IMG/VR virus record: IMGVR_UViG_3300025575_000013
Location: 1,951-65,950 of that record
Reading direction: 5' to 3' (one strand)
Source of the DNA: a virus
Taxonomy: Duplodnaviria > Caudoviricetes
DNA length: 64,000 bases
This document shows, one piece after another, positions 20,517 through 29,518 of this stretch (positions are counted from its first letter, which is position 1; the number at the start of each line of letters is the position of its first letter). Made by a program: the position numbers and the translations under genes. The notes under the pieces were generated by a model. It was given only the letters and a program-made list of their open reading frames with translations. It did not search any database and had not been told where the DNA came from.

Positions 20517-21197
20517 TTAATCAATATAGCCAGAGTTTTGCAATTGACCCTTGAAGGCAAATTCCAAACACTTAATGTTATTCAGGATAACATCAGGAGC
20601 GGGGGGCATAGTGTTTTTATACACATATTTGCAACCACGAGCTATGCCTACCAAATTCTGAGTAGCAATAATGCTATCGTTAATTGTCAAAGAGTTCGGT
20701 TGGCAATACAGAGACTTAGTTGATCCAGCAGCGTCCGTGCTTGACTGAGCTAAGTAGCCGGCATTGGTCGTACCTACAGAGGGTGCATCGAAGTTAGCTT
20801 TTACCAACTCGAAGGATATTTCACCATCAACAGATGTGTCGATAGTGGAAGGTACAGCAAGAGATTTACCAGTTCCAGCCAAAGTGGATGGGACTACCAT
20901 TACAAACTCTCCAGCAACCGGAATTGGTCGGCCTGGAAGAGCATCAAGTGTAATAACGTAAGATAGCGTGTCGGTTGAATCAGCGATAGCCTTTACCTTA
21001 TACACCTTCAAAATCTTAGCAGCATGGGTATCAATATTGAATTCCACAGGAGATGCGGCAGGCACAATTTCGCCTTCCTCGAAAGTGTTGGTAATTAAAC
21101 CCCCACCCTCACACTGTTTTGGAAATTCAGCCCACACAGGAACACCACCGCCAAAAGAGATAGTGCGCCGTGAAAAAGCATTATAATTTCTTGGCAT
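20517..21197 (-). CDS. Head decoration / structural protein
   Basis: Between scaffold and capsid; GE..PA.SPV motif; beta-rich. Confidence 0.55.
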   Translation of the reverse strand: MPRNYNAFSRRTISFGGGVPVWAEFPKQCEGGGLITNTFEEGEIVPAASPVEFNIDTHAAKILKVYKVKAIADSTDTLSYVITLDALPGRPIPVAGEFVMVVPSTLAGTGKSLAVPSTIDTSVDGEISFELVKANFDAPSVGTTNAGYLAQSSTDAAGSTKSLYCQPNSLTINDSIIATQNLVGIARGCKYVYKNTMPPAPDVILNNIKCLEFAFKGQLQNSGYID

Positions 21198-21229
21198 TTT
21201 AATTAGTTTAAATTATTTTTAATTCGTTT

Positions 21230-21886
21230 TTACTTGGTTTTGGATGTGATCCCCATACCAGCAACCGCCTTATCAAGAACACTTTCAGTATGTTTCTGAC
21301 CTTGTTCGGAAACTTGGCTTTTACCTTGTTCTGGTAATCTTGGCGCATGTCCGTCTCCATAAAACTCTGTCATCTTAGAATCAAAAGCCGGAAGTAATTT
21401 TTCCGCAATTTGTTCGTCAGTGAGAGTTTCGTCCAATGTGTCCGCAGTTGCTACGACTTGAAGTACAGGTTCCTTCGTAGCCCCTTTAGCTTTCATTAGA
21501 TTTTTAATAGAGGCAAGACGAGACTGGTTTGCCTTATCCTTGTCTTGAGCGTCAAGTTTCGCTTTCATGTCAGATAACTGTTTTTCAAGCGGACTTGTTA
21601 CTCGTTTCAAAATACCTTCCAAATCAACTGGTTCTGGTTCAGCCTGTTCCGTTCTTGGAACGTACTGACTTCTCTGTCTACTTGCATCAGCCTCGGTCTG
21701 GGTTAATTCAGCCAAAGCCTCATACTGTGTAATCTGAGCTGTAATAGCTTCTGTCAATTTGTCAGGATCCAAAGTACCCAAAGCGGAGATGTTAGTCTCA
21801 ATTTTGTTTACCAGTTTTGTGATTGTTGCTGCTTTCAACCCGTACTTTGCATAAGCCGTTTTGACCGCTTTTTCAATTTCATTCAT
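21230..21886 (-). CDS. Capsid scaffolding protein
   Basis: Helical, charged 218 aa; first gene of the head operon. Confidence 0.6.
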   Translation of the reverse strand: MNEIEKAVKTAYAKYGLKAATITKLVNKIETNISALGTLDPDKLTEAITAQITQYEALAELTQTEADASRQRSQYVPRTEQAEPEPVDLEGILKRVTSPLEKQLSDMKAKLDAQDKDKANQSRLASIKNLMKAKGATKEPVLQVVATADTLDETLTDEQIAEKLLPAFDSKMTEFYGDGHAPRLPEQGKSQVSEQGQKHTESVLDKAVAGMGITSKTK

Positions 21887-21921
21887 GTGTTTTAACTTTT
21901 ATTTTAGTTTTTTAACATTGC

Positions 21922-21952
21922 CAAAGATAATCAATTATTTTTAATATGCAAA
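21922..21952 (-). promoter_or_regulatory. Promoter for the head/tail operon
   Basis: TTTG-N19-TATCTTTG. Confidence 0.8.
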
Positions 21953-21967
21953 ACTTTTATGTTAAAT

Positions 21968-21998
21968 TTTGCAAAAAAGTTTTTTTTTATTATCTTTG
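21968..21998 (+). promoter_or_regulatory. Promoter for terminase/portal
   Basis: TTTG-N19-TATCTTTG, back to back with the previous promoter. Confidence 0.8.
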
Positions 21999-22013
21999 TT
22001 GAAAATATATTGA

Positions 22014-23582
22014 ATGATAGCTCAAATTTGGAGTGGTTTAACATATAAGGGTAAGCCTGTATATACAAATAAATATGCAAGGTGGATAGAAAAAGAAAAT
22101 CTACAGAAGGCTCACGACGGCATAGAAATAACAAGTTTTGTTCCGCAAGAAGGCTTCCAGGAGGAGGTATGTTATTGTCCCGCTGATGTTGCTATAATTG
22201 GAGGAAAAAGAGGAAGTGGTAAAAGTTTGATAATGAACTTATTACCTGTTTATGGTATCTCAAACCCATTATTTTCATGCCACGGATTCCGTAGAGAAAA
22301 GGCGGATTTAGAAAATGGATTATGGGCTACAAGTCAGATATTATATCAAAAGATAGCCGACGGTATGGCGGATATGGAATGGAAATTCCCGTCTGGAGCC
22401 AGGATTACTTATGAACACATGGCTATTGAGGACAAGGCTGACCAGAGGTATCGCGGGGTCGAGATACCTTATATTATAATAGATGAGTTGCCTCAGTTTA
22501 GGATAGATACTTTTTTTACATTACTGGCGAGTAATAGAAATACTATTGGGATGAAAAATAGGTTTGTAGCCTCATGTAATCCCGTATCGTCTCGCCATTG
22601 GGTTCATAAGTTTATAAAGTGGTACATAAACGAAGATACCAAAACCATTATCCCTGAAAGGTCTGGAAAAATCAGATATTTCTATAAGTATGGAAAGACT
22701 ATTGATGAAATATCCTGGGGTAATACAAAGGAGGAGGTTTATAAAAAAGCCAAAGGGTATATAGACGCCATCTTGGATGACGGGGAGGACTATAAAAAAC
22801 TAATAGCCTCGTTTTGCTTCATAGAGGGCTCGTACTCGCAGAATAAAATATTCAAAGCCAAAGACCCATCTTATAAGGGAAGATTGGCCCAGCAGGGCGG
22901 AAATCAATCCGTAAAGGATATAAAGGGTATATGGGCAGATGATGAGGAGTCAGAAGCACTGCTATCCGCTGAGGATATTGAAAAACTATTTACCAATACT
23001 CCGCAAACGCAAGGGAGAAGATGTTGCACCGCTGACGTCGCGCTGACTGGTGACTTTTTCGTTTTGGGAGCATGGCAAGGAAAGCATCTTGAGGATTTTC
23101 TTGCATTTCATGGAGTTCTATCCGATCAGGCTGTTGATATATGTAGAAACTTCCTGGAAGTGCATAGTATCAGGGAGGAAAATTTTTTATATGATGAGAA
23201 TGGACTTGGTTTGTTCCTAAAGGGATATTTTAAGAAGGCTTCTGGCTTTAATAATAAACAAGCGGCATCTAATCAGAAGATATGGAATAATCAGAAATCA
23301 GAGTGTGCTGAAAAGTTCATTCAGGCCGTTAAGCAGGGTAAATATAGTATCAATCCAGATCTCCGGCTTAGAATGTTTGCAGGAATGCCATTTGAGGACA
23401 GATTGCTATCTGAAAAAAACGCACTCCGTAGAAAGCAAAATGATAATGGCAGATTTGAAATAATATCCAAGCCGGAGATGAAAAAGTTCGTTGGACACTC
23501 ACCCGATGCTATTGAGATGATATTTGAGAGGGAAGGAATAGACGACAAAAAAGGGTCATTTCATAATATAGGAATGCTATAA
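22014..23582 (+). CDS. terL: Terminase large subunit
   Basis: Walker A GGKRGSGKS, Walker B YIIIDE, motif III ASCNP, RNase H-like TADVA and SPDAIE. Confidence 0.93.
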   Translation: MIAQIWSGLTYKGKPVYTNKYARWIEKENLQKAHDGIEITSFVPQEGFQEEVCYCPADVAIIGGKRGSGKSLIMNLLPVYGISNPLFSCHGFRREKADLENGLWATSQILYQKIADGMADMEWKFPSGARITYEHMAIEDKADQRYRGVEIPYIIIDELPQFRIDTFFTLLASNRNTIGMKNRFVASCNPVSSRHWVHKFIKWYINEDTKTIIPERSGKIRYFYKYGKTIDEISWGNTKEEVYKKAKGYIDAILDDGEDYKKLIASFCFIEGSYSQNKIFKAKDPSYKGRLAQQGGNQSVKDIKGIWADDEESEALLSAEDIEKLFTNTPQTQGRRCCTADVALTGDFFVLGAWQGKHLEDFLAFHGVLSDQAVDICRNFLEVHSIREENFLYDENGLGLFLKGYFKKASGFNNKQAASNQKIWNNQKSECAEKFIQAVKQGKYSINPDLRLRMFAGMPFEDRLLSEKNALRRKQNDNGRFEIISKPEMKKFVGHSPDAIEMIFEREGIDDKKGSFHNIGML

Positions 23583-23603
23583 TAATATAAAATACAATAC
23601 GAT

Positions 23604-25160
23604 ATGGAAATTTACGACGTTAATGAGATCTTACTAAAGGCTCCGTTCAGGAGAATTCTGCCAAATCCCGTAGTCTGGTCGGGGATGGAAACTACGGATA
23701 CGGCCAAAATTCAGGTTCCAGCAAGCATGGCGATGTACAGAACGATAAATCAGGATGTATTTTTGAGGGAGTACTACCCATCTGGTCATCAAATACTGAA
23801 CCCGGCTTATTACCCTGATCGGCAGAAAACGGACGAAGAGGGCAAGACTTACATTAGTTACGTCCAAAGATATAGCTCGTCCTGGCAGAACACAATTACA
23901 ATAAAACACCTAACGCACCTCACGGGTAAGCCCATTGTCTTCAAGAATGCGAATGTAGATTTACAGGAAAGTCAGGATAAGACCATGACTGCACTTAAAC
24001 AGGGATGGATTAAGAAGAATTTAGAGGTCGGATGGTATGAAGCGGCAAAGTCAGTTAAGATAACAGGGGATGGCGCTATTTGTTTCTACCTAAATAAGGG
24101 TAAGCTGGGGTGGAGGTTATTTTCATACATTAACGATGAGGTCTTATATCCTCATTATGATTCCATTACAGGGAAACTAAAACTATTCGCAAGGAAATAC
24201 AAACAATATGAAGAGGACGGGATAAATGTCGTAAATGAATTCGTTGACGTCTATGATGATGCTATGGTGACAACGTACAAACGTGATGTGGCTGGTGGAT
24301 CTGTTGTAAAATTTGCTAAGAAGCTATTCGGTCTTTCCGGCTGGGTGGTAGTCGGTAGGCAATCTCACGGGTTCGATCGTATCCCGGTGGCCTATATGCG
24401 TGATAATGGAGGGGCTTGCTGGAGTGGAGTCCAGCCATCCATTGACGATTTCGAAATAGCCGTTTCGCAATTGTTAGAAAATAATCAATCCTATGCGTTC
24501 AGAATGTTATTCCTAAAAGGTGATAACATTGATGTAAGATACGATGCGATGGGACAACCGACGACTGTTCTTGGAGATAAAGAATCAGATGCAAAATTTT
24601 TAGAACGGGCTGATGCTGCGTCCACGTTTGAATTGGCGCTAAACCTGTTAAAAGAAAACATCCTCACTGGCTCGTTCACGGTTCTACCTCCAGATGTTAG
24701 CTCTGGTGGAAACCTACCGAGTGTTACTGTTAAGATACTCTACTCACCAGCGGTTGAAAAGGGAATGTCGGACAGTAAAGAGTACAACCAGTTTGTTGAT
24801 GATATGGTTGCAATTTTTAAATATGGTTATGGAATTGAAGTTGGTAGAAGCGCGGAATTCGAAAATCTTGATGTGCAGGGAAGCATAGAGATTTACGTGC
24901 CGCAAAACGATAGTGAGATAATTCAGAATCTAAACGCTTCTGTCACCTCTAAGACCATATCAAGAGAAACGGGAAATGAACTAAATCCATATTCTGCGTC
25001 TAACGAAAAAGATCGGATGAAAAGACAGGATGAGTCTGACGCTAAAAAAGAGGAAGATTTGGCAGCCAAGAAGGTTGCTGACGCGGCGGCTAATAGAGGC
25101 GGCGCTGGCATGAACCAGTTCAACGAGAAGGAAGAATTAAATGCGGCATTGACAAAATAA
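23604..25160 (+). CDS. Portal protein (SPP1 gp6-like)
   Basis: 518 aa directly after terL; HGFDRIPV.Y and SGVA/SVTVKILY-type segments. Confidence 0.85.
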   Translation: MEIYDVNEILLKAPFRRILPNPVVWSGMETTDTAKIQVPASMAMYRTINQDVFLREYYPSGHQILNPAYYPDRQKTDEEGKTYISYVQRYSSSWQNTITIKHLTHLTGKPIVFKNANVDLQESQDKTMTALKQGWIKKNLEVGWYEAAKSVKITGDGAICFYLNKGKLGWRLFSYINDEVLYPHYDSITGKLKLFARKYKQYEEDGINVVNEFVDVYDDAMVTTYKRDVAGGSVVKFAKKLFGLSGWVVVGRQSHGFDRIPVAYMRDNGGACWSGVQPSIDDFEIAVSQLLENNQSYAFRMLFLKGDNIDVRYDAMGQPTTVLGDKESDAKFLERADAASTFELALNLLKENILTGSFTVLPPDVSSGGNLPSVTVKILYSPAVEKGMSDSKEYNQFVDDMVAIFKYGYGIEVGRSAEFENLDVQGSIEIYVPQNDSEIIQNLNASVTSKTISRETGNELNPYSASNEKDRMKRQDESDAKKEEDLAAKKVADAAANRGGAGMNQFNEKEELNAALTK

Positions 25161-25186
25161 TTCAGTCTGGCCTTTTTGGTAAAAGT

Positions 25187-25219
25187 AAACCCCGCTATGT
25201 ACGAAACAGCGGGGTTTTT
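25187..25219. terminator. Bidirectional intrinsic terminator between convergent units
   Basis: AAACCCCGCT / AGCGGGGTTT stem with A-run before and T-run after. Confidence 0.8.
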
Positions 25220-25244
25220 GTAAATAAAAAGGTAACGATGGAAA

Positions 25245-25772
25245 TTATTTTAGTTTTAATAATTCATTTTGGTATGCTTCGGAGGCATCGAGTTCGTTAA
25301 TAAAAATTCCTAAATGCTTTTTCTTTCCGCTAATTACTATAGATGACTGCCATTTCCTTGATTTACTACTCCAGCATACTCCAACATATTTAGATGAGAA
25401 TTTGTTTTTATCTTTTCTGTTGCCTAAAGACAAATTAAATCTATTAGTAACAATTCTAAGATTTATAACCCTATTGTCAGCCTTGTTTCCATTAGTATGA
25501 TCAATAACTAATTTTAGCCCATCCGGGATGTGAGTTAGAAAGCTAATTGCAACATATTGGTGAACATTTATGGTTTTTTTGGTTCCATTTTTGTATAAAG
25601 TAGCAGTAGGGTATCCTTCGCTATTCAATCCGACTTTTAGTATTTTTTCTTTTTTCGCATAATTTCCAATTCCGCTGCGGGATGGTCGAGACAATGATTT
25701 AATCCTGCCTAAACTGCTTACCTCATAAATACCATCGTAACCACTTATTGATTTCCATGTCTCCTCTTCCAT
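25245..25772 (-). CDS. NUMOD4-HNH homing endonuclease with AP2-like tail
   Basis: WKSI.GY.G.YEVS.LGRIKS; VH..VA..F...IDH.NG.K.DN...NL; YVGV.W. Confidence 0.88.
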   Translation of the reverse strand: MEEETWKSISGYDGIYEVSSLGRIKSLSRPSRSGIGNYAKKEKILKVGLNSEGYPTATLYKNGTKKTINVHQYVAISFLTHIPDGLKLVIDHTNGNKADNRVINLRIVTNRFNLSLGNRKDKNKFSSKYVGVCWSSKSRKWQSSIVISGKKKHLGIFINELDASEAYQNELLKLK

Positions 25773-25808
25773 ATTATTAAATATTATATTGCATTACCGA
25801 GCGGTACG

Positions 25809-25884
25809 TGGTGATTTGAGCAGGGCATGATCCTGCAACCTCTACAATATCAGTGTAGCGATCTACCAGTTGAGCTACCAAATC
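25809..25884 (-). tRNA. tRNA-Ile(GAT), encoded CCA, atypical T-loop
   Basis: GATTTGG/TCAAATC acceptor; CTACA-CTGATAT-TGTAG anticodon arm; T-loop ATCATGC. Confidence 0.85.
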
Positions 25885-25956
25885 ATGGTCGGGCTTTATT
25901 TTTCAATGGACCCCCCCCCGAAGTCTTTCCAATTTTCCGGTCGCTATCCGGATGCG

Positions 25957-26038
25957 TTGCGAAAAATCGGGAGTCGAACCCGCTATTGCGAGGCTTATGA
26001 GACCTGCGTGATTTATATATCCGTTTCACTCTTTCGCA
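25957..26038 (-). tRNA. tRNA-Met/Ile2-type (CAT), degenerate, no encoded CCA
   Basis: TGCGAAA/TTTCGCA acceptor; CTCATAA anticodon loop; GGGTTCGACTCCC T-arm; enlarged D-loop. Confidence 0.7.
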
Positions 26039-26194
26039 ATTTTGGAGTTATTAAATAGATACTCTCAAACTACCTGCCTTACGATGCAGACCTTGATAAG
26101 CTGTGTTTCCGTAAAATGGAAGTGACTTAGGTATTTACGTTGCGTTAGCCTCACGCACCCATTATTTTTATCCTTCTATTTCGTCTCTCATATT

Positions 26195-26314
26195 TTATTT
26201 TCCTACCTTGTGAGCCTTTTCTTTTTCTTTTTTAGAAGCGTCCATTTTCTTTTGGTTCTTGTCGTGATTCTTGTCTTCTTTAAAGCCCTTCGGGGCCGGA
26301 TTTGATTTAGCCAT
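26195..26314 (-). CDS. Small Lys-rich protein (39 aa)
   Basis: Read by hand: MAKSNPAPKGFKEDKNHDKNQKKMDASKKEKEKAHKVGK; A-rich leader. Confidence 0.55.
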   Translation of the reverse strand: MAKSNPAPKGFKEDKNHDKNQKKMDASKKEKEKAHKVGK

Positions 26315-26334
26315 TGTATATATTTTTAAATGTT

Positions 26335-26357
26335 AAAAAATAACGGCTTACCCGTTA
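26335..26357 (-). terminator. Intrinsic terminator candidate
   Basis: TAACGG-GTAAG-CCGTTA followed by T6. Confidence 0.55.
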
Positions 26358-26515
26358 GCAGTCTTTTATCGGAATTGCGCTATGAATATTAAGCAGATGC
26401 GCTTTTTACGTCTTATGTAGTTATTCTATCCGAGGTCGAGATTTCGAAATTCTGATACATTACCAAGACGGTGCCCAGACATGGGTACCCGTTAAATATC
26501 TGCACCTCAAAAAAG

Positions 26516-26588
26516 ATCCCAGAGATGGTATCGATCCACCGACGTACGCATTAATTATGCGCTGCTCTTCCAACTGAGCTATCTGGGA
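26516..26588 (-). tRNA. tRNA-Asn-like with anticodon ATT and A33
   Basis: Perfect 73-nt cloverleaf: TCCCAGA/TCTGGGA acceptor, GCTC/GAGC D-stem, GCGCA-TAATTAA-TGCGT anticodon arm, GGTGG-ATCGATA-CCATC T-arm. Confidence 0.8.
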
Positions 26589-26645
26589 ATTTTACGGTTT
26601 AACCCTATATCCACCGAAAAGGTTTGACCTTCAAAAGTTGTTCAA

Positions 26646-26677
26646 CAAAGATACAAAATTATTCTTTATCTTCCAAA
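26646..26677 (-). promoter_or_regulatory. Promoter for the tRNA cluster
   Basis: TTTG-N20-TATCTTTG about 55 nt upstream of the first tRNA. Confidence 0.7.
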
Positions 26678-27093
26678 TCTTTTTGCAACTTTTTCATTTC
26701 GTTAAATTTCTCCTGCTTATTACCGAGCTTCTTAATGTCGTCCTCCGCCATCCCGAGATCAACCAGAGCAGCTGTTATTGCCTTAACCGTAATGGACTCA
26801 AATTCATTTTCATGAAGTTCATCTTCTGCATTCTTGATGTTGCCATTTGTGGCAGCATCCTCTTCATAAACATAAAGTAAATCAATTGATTCAATAGTAC
26901 CTTTGTGGCACTCCGGATCTCTCACTACGGCGTAACAACCGTCTGCGTCAATGTATTTCACTACAACTTGACACTTATCTCCGCTCTGTCTTGTAGCTTC
27001 TGCTATAATTAACCCTGGTAGAATTGCATCCGAAGATACAGTGGTATTACCAATTTCGGACTTGCCGATAAAATCTAAAAGTTTGTTTGACAT
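26659..27093 (-). CDS. Hypothetical protein
   Basis: 144 aa ORF with A-rich leader. Confidence 0.65.
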   Translation of the reverse strand: MSNKLLDFIGKSEIGNTTVSSDAILPGLIIAEATRQSGDKCQVVVKYIDADGCYAVVRDPECHKGTIESIDLLYVYEEDAATNGNIKNAEDELHENEFESITVKAITAALVDLGMAEDDIKKLGNKQEKFNEMKKLQKDLEDKE

Positions 27094-27125
27094 TATTGTT
27101 ATTGTTTTAATTTAAAAACCATTGT

Positions 27126-27302
27126 TTAATCATTCTTAAAGGGATAAGTATCCGAATCGCAAAAATAAAACTGATCCAAAGATACCGTAAACACATATCC
27201 TTCGGAGTCTTCTACTATAGCATCTAATTGACCTACTCCAGATACAATAAACTCGTGAAACCAAAATTTTCCATCTTGATTTATTAATTTTACTTTTCTC
27301 AT
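27126..27302 (-). CDS. Hypothetical protein (58 aa)
   Basis: Read by hand: MRKVKLINQDGKFWFHEF...; fills the gap between genes. Confidence 0.55.
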   Translation of the reverse strand: MRKVKLINQDGKFWFHEFIVSGVGQLDAIVEDSEGYVFTVSLDQFYFCDSDTYPFKND

Positions 27303-27336
27303 TGTTAATTAATTATTAGTGTTTGTTAATTTATTG

Positions 27337-27753
27337 TTAAAAAGGCAAATCTGAATCATCGCCTGGTTTGGAAAAATCTGGAGCAGGCGCGCTTGGAGCC
27401 TCGCTATCGGATTTTTTGCCGCCCAGCAACTCAATTGTCCCGTCATTTGACACTACGATTTCTGTAATATAATGAGTTACACCATCTTTTTCATACTTCC
27501 GGTTCGATAGTTTTCCTTCTACGTAGATTTTGTCACCTTTGTTAATATAGCTTTCTGCTATTTTAGCCAGGCCACCCTTTACTACGATGTTATGGAAATC
27601 TACCTTTTCTGGAACATCTACACCAGATTTTGTTTTAAAGGCTCGCTCGTTTGTGGCAAGACTGAATGAGGCTACTTTACCGCCATCGTCAAAAGTTTTA
27701 ACTTCGGGTTGATTGCACACATTCCCTAAAATTGTTACTCGATTTACTGACAT
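27337..27753 (-). CDS. ssb: Single-stranded DNA-binding protein
   Basis: VNRVTILGN....PEV; YINKGDKIYVEGKL..R; acidic DDSDLPF tail. Confidence 0.95.
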   Translation of the reverse strand: MSVNRVTILGNVCNQPEVKTFDDGGKVASFSLATNERAFKTKSGVDVPEKVDFHNIVVKGGLAKIAESYINKGDKIYVEGKLSNRKYEKDGVTHYITEIVVSNDGTIELLGGKKSDSEAPSAPAPDFSKPGDDSDLPF

Positions 27754-27974
27754 GTTACTTTGTTTTAATTAATTATTAATTTTTAATCCTGCTTCTTTAT
27801 CAACCAGGACGCATAGTTTTTTTAAATCTTCACTCGGAATATCAAAACCAAGTCTAAGTGCTTTCAATATTACAATAATATCATCAATAGACTTAACTCT
27901 TTCAAAATCTATTACATAATGTCTGGTGTGATACATTTTACTTTGTTTTTATTTATTTGTTTACTTTTTTATTT

Positions 27975-28169
27975 TTAATGTTGCATATTAATAGGTTTCC
28001 CGGCTGTAGTTATCATAGTGGCAAATGTTGAATACTGTTTTGGTGCTGGTGAATTTCGTCTTTCAAGTTCAATGTGCATTCTGACAATATCAGCCTTTTT
28101 GCATTTCATATACATCTTGAATTTTTCTTCATCGGTCATTTCGACCACCTGTATAAAATTTGTCTCCAT
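27975..28169 (-). CDS. Hypothetical protein
   Basis: 64 aa co-oriented ORF. Confidence 0.5.
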   Translation of the reverse strand: METNFIQVVEMTDEEKFKMYMKCKKADIVRMHIELERRNSPAPKQYSTFATMITTAGKPINMQH

Positions 28170-28181
28170 TCTATTATTTGT

Positions 28182-28436
28182 TTACTTAATAATTTTTCTT
28201 CCCCAAATTTTCCTCGTCATCCACATTCCCCTAAGGAACTCGATAGTGTCATATCCATCCACAACAGTCTTGCCACAGTCGAAGCAATTTAGTCCATTCA
28301 TGCCCACGTTAAGCACGCAGAGTTTAATTATTTTCTGCTCCGATAACCCCGTCTCCCTCGATAGTATCAGTATCGCATTCTCCACCCTTTCCGTCTCCAG
28401 GTTCGGCTCCATCTGTTTCAGTTCCGTCGAGTCCAT
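28182..28436 (-). CDS. Hypothetical protein (true start probably about 28301)
   Basis: Fills the gap; the 5' part overlaps the upstream gene. Confidence 0.35.
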   Translation of the reverse strand: MDSTELKQMEPNLETERVENAILILSRETGLSEQKIIKLCVLNVGMNGLNCFDCGKTVVDGYDTIEFLRGMWMTRKIWGRKIIK

Positions 28437-28830
28437 CTTTTAATTTTTCAGTGTCAATACTTTCAGCCCTCATTTCGTCAATTATTTTTTCCGACTCAGC
28501 GTCTGTTGTCACCTTTTGTTTAGAATCCATGTACGTCTTTAACCACTTTGAATAGTCAAGATAAAACTCAGGATTTTGAATCGATAAAATTGTAAATAGT
28601 TTAATCCCTGAGAATATTTCAGAAAAGGCAAGTGCATTCTCCCCTTCTGTGAATCTACCGTGCCATAGACTCAACTGTTCGCCACACCACAGCCTAAAAT
28701 TAAAGTCACCGGACTTATGCTCAATTTTAACGCGCATATTACCTTCTTCCTGAGATACATAAAAATTACCGATTAGCTTACCCGCAGGCTTACGTTTACC
28801 AAAAAAATTGTTTTCTTTTTCTCTACTCAT
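28324..28830 (-). CDS. Hypothetical protein
   Basis: 168 aa; ATGA-type coupling to the upstream gene. Confidence 0.65.
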   Translation of the reverse strand: MSREKENNFFGKRKPAGKLIGNFYVSQEEGNMRVKIEHKSGDFNFRLWCGEQLSLWHGRFTEGENALAFSEIFSGIKLFTILSIQNPEFYLDYSKWLKTYMDSKQKVTTDAESEKIIDEMRAESIDTEKLKDGLDGTETDGAEPGDGKGGECDTDTIEGDGVIGAENN

Positions 28831-29053
28831 ATTTTTCTATATTAATTGGACTTCCTTTTATAAATCTTAATAATACCCTGCAATTCCAGTCTCCGGTTCC
28901 TTTTTCAAACGCCCGGTCTAAATCGGATTTTCTATATGGCATATTAAACGTTTTTCCGTTTGCCGTAACCTGAATGTGCCAAATGTCTTCTTCGTTAATT
29001 GGTAGATCTATTGATAGGATACGAGGCTTTATTCGAGATGGTTGTTTTGCCAT
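28823..29053 (-). CDS. Hypothetical protein
   Basis: 76 aa, coupled. Confidence 0.5.
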   Translation of the reverse strand: MAKQPSRIKPRILSIDLPINEEDIWHIQVTANGKTFNMPYRKSDLDRAFEKGTGDWNCRVLLRFIKGSPINIEKYE

Positions 29054-29247
29054 TAGTTCATTAGTTCTCTAATCTTTCTTTTAGCATCCTCTCCAATCCA
29101 TGTATTTTTCATAGTACCGTTTAGCCTCCATATCAACATTAACATGCTCCCTACATATTCGACGTTGTACTCGTTATGAATTAGACCTTCATCTCCGCTT
29201 ATTTCATCGAAAACTATTGACTTAAATTTTATTGTCTTTTCTTTCAT
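29053..29247 (-). CDS. Hypothetical protein
   Basis: 64 aa, coupled. Confidence 0.5.
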   Translation of the reverse strand: MKEKTIKFKSIVFDEISGDEGLIHNEYNVEYVGSMLMLIWRLNGTMKNTWIGEDAKRKIRELMN

Positions 29248-29471
29248 AATATATCGTTAAAAAATAATAATGCTTTGTAAGCAGATAGTCCACTATTTAA
29301 GCAGTCTTTAAAATAGTTTAAATTTAAATCTATCTGATTATTTGTGTAATCATAAACTACATAATACTGTATATACTCTGTAGTTGCATTGCAATACAAC
29401 TGACTTTTTACGTCTTTAATATACTCCACAAAAGTGCAATCCATTCCGCAAATATAAGTATTAGTTTTCAA
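29244..29471 (-). CDS. Hypothetical protein
   Basis: 75 aa, TTG start. Confidence 0.45.
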   Translation of the reverse strand: MKTNTYICGMDCTFVEYIKDVKSQLYCNATTEYIQYYVVYDYTNNQIDLNLNYFKDCLNSGLSAYKALLFFNDIL

Positions 29472-29518
29472 TCTCGCAATAGTGTTAACTTAGTTTAACA
29501 AAATAATCCCGGGGCTTG

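Noticed and set aside
26040-26160. Group II intron or IscB omega-RNA remnant (GTGCG start, CCTAAGTC)
   Set aside because: No domain V, no RT or IscB ORF, and the matches are only a few bases long
26545-26560. Ochre suppressor (TTA) reading of the odd tRNA, and stop-codon recoding
   Set aside because: With the 5-bp stem the anticodon position reads ATT, and all long genes are intact in the standard code with TAA, TAG and TGA used as stops
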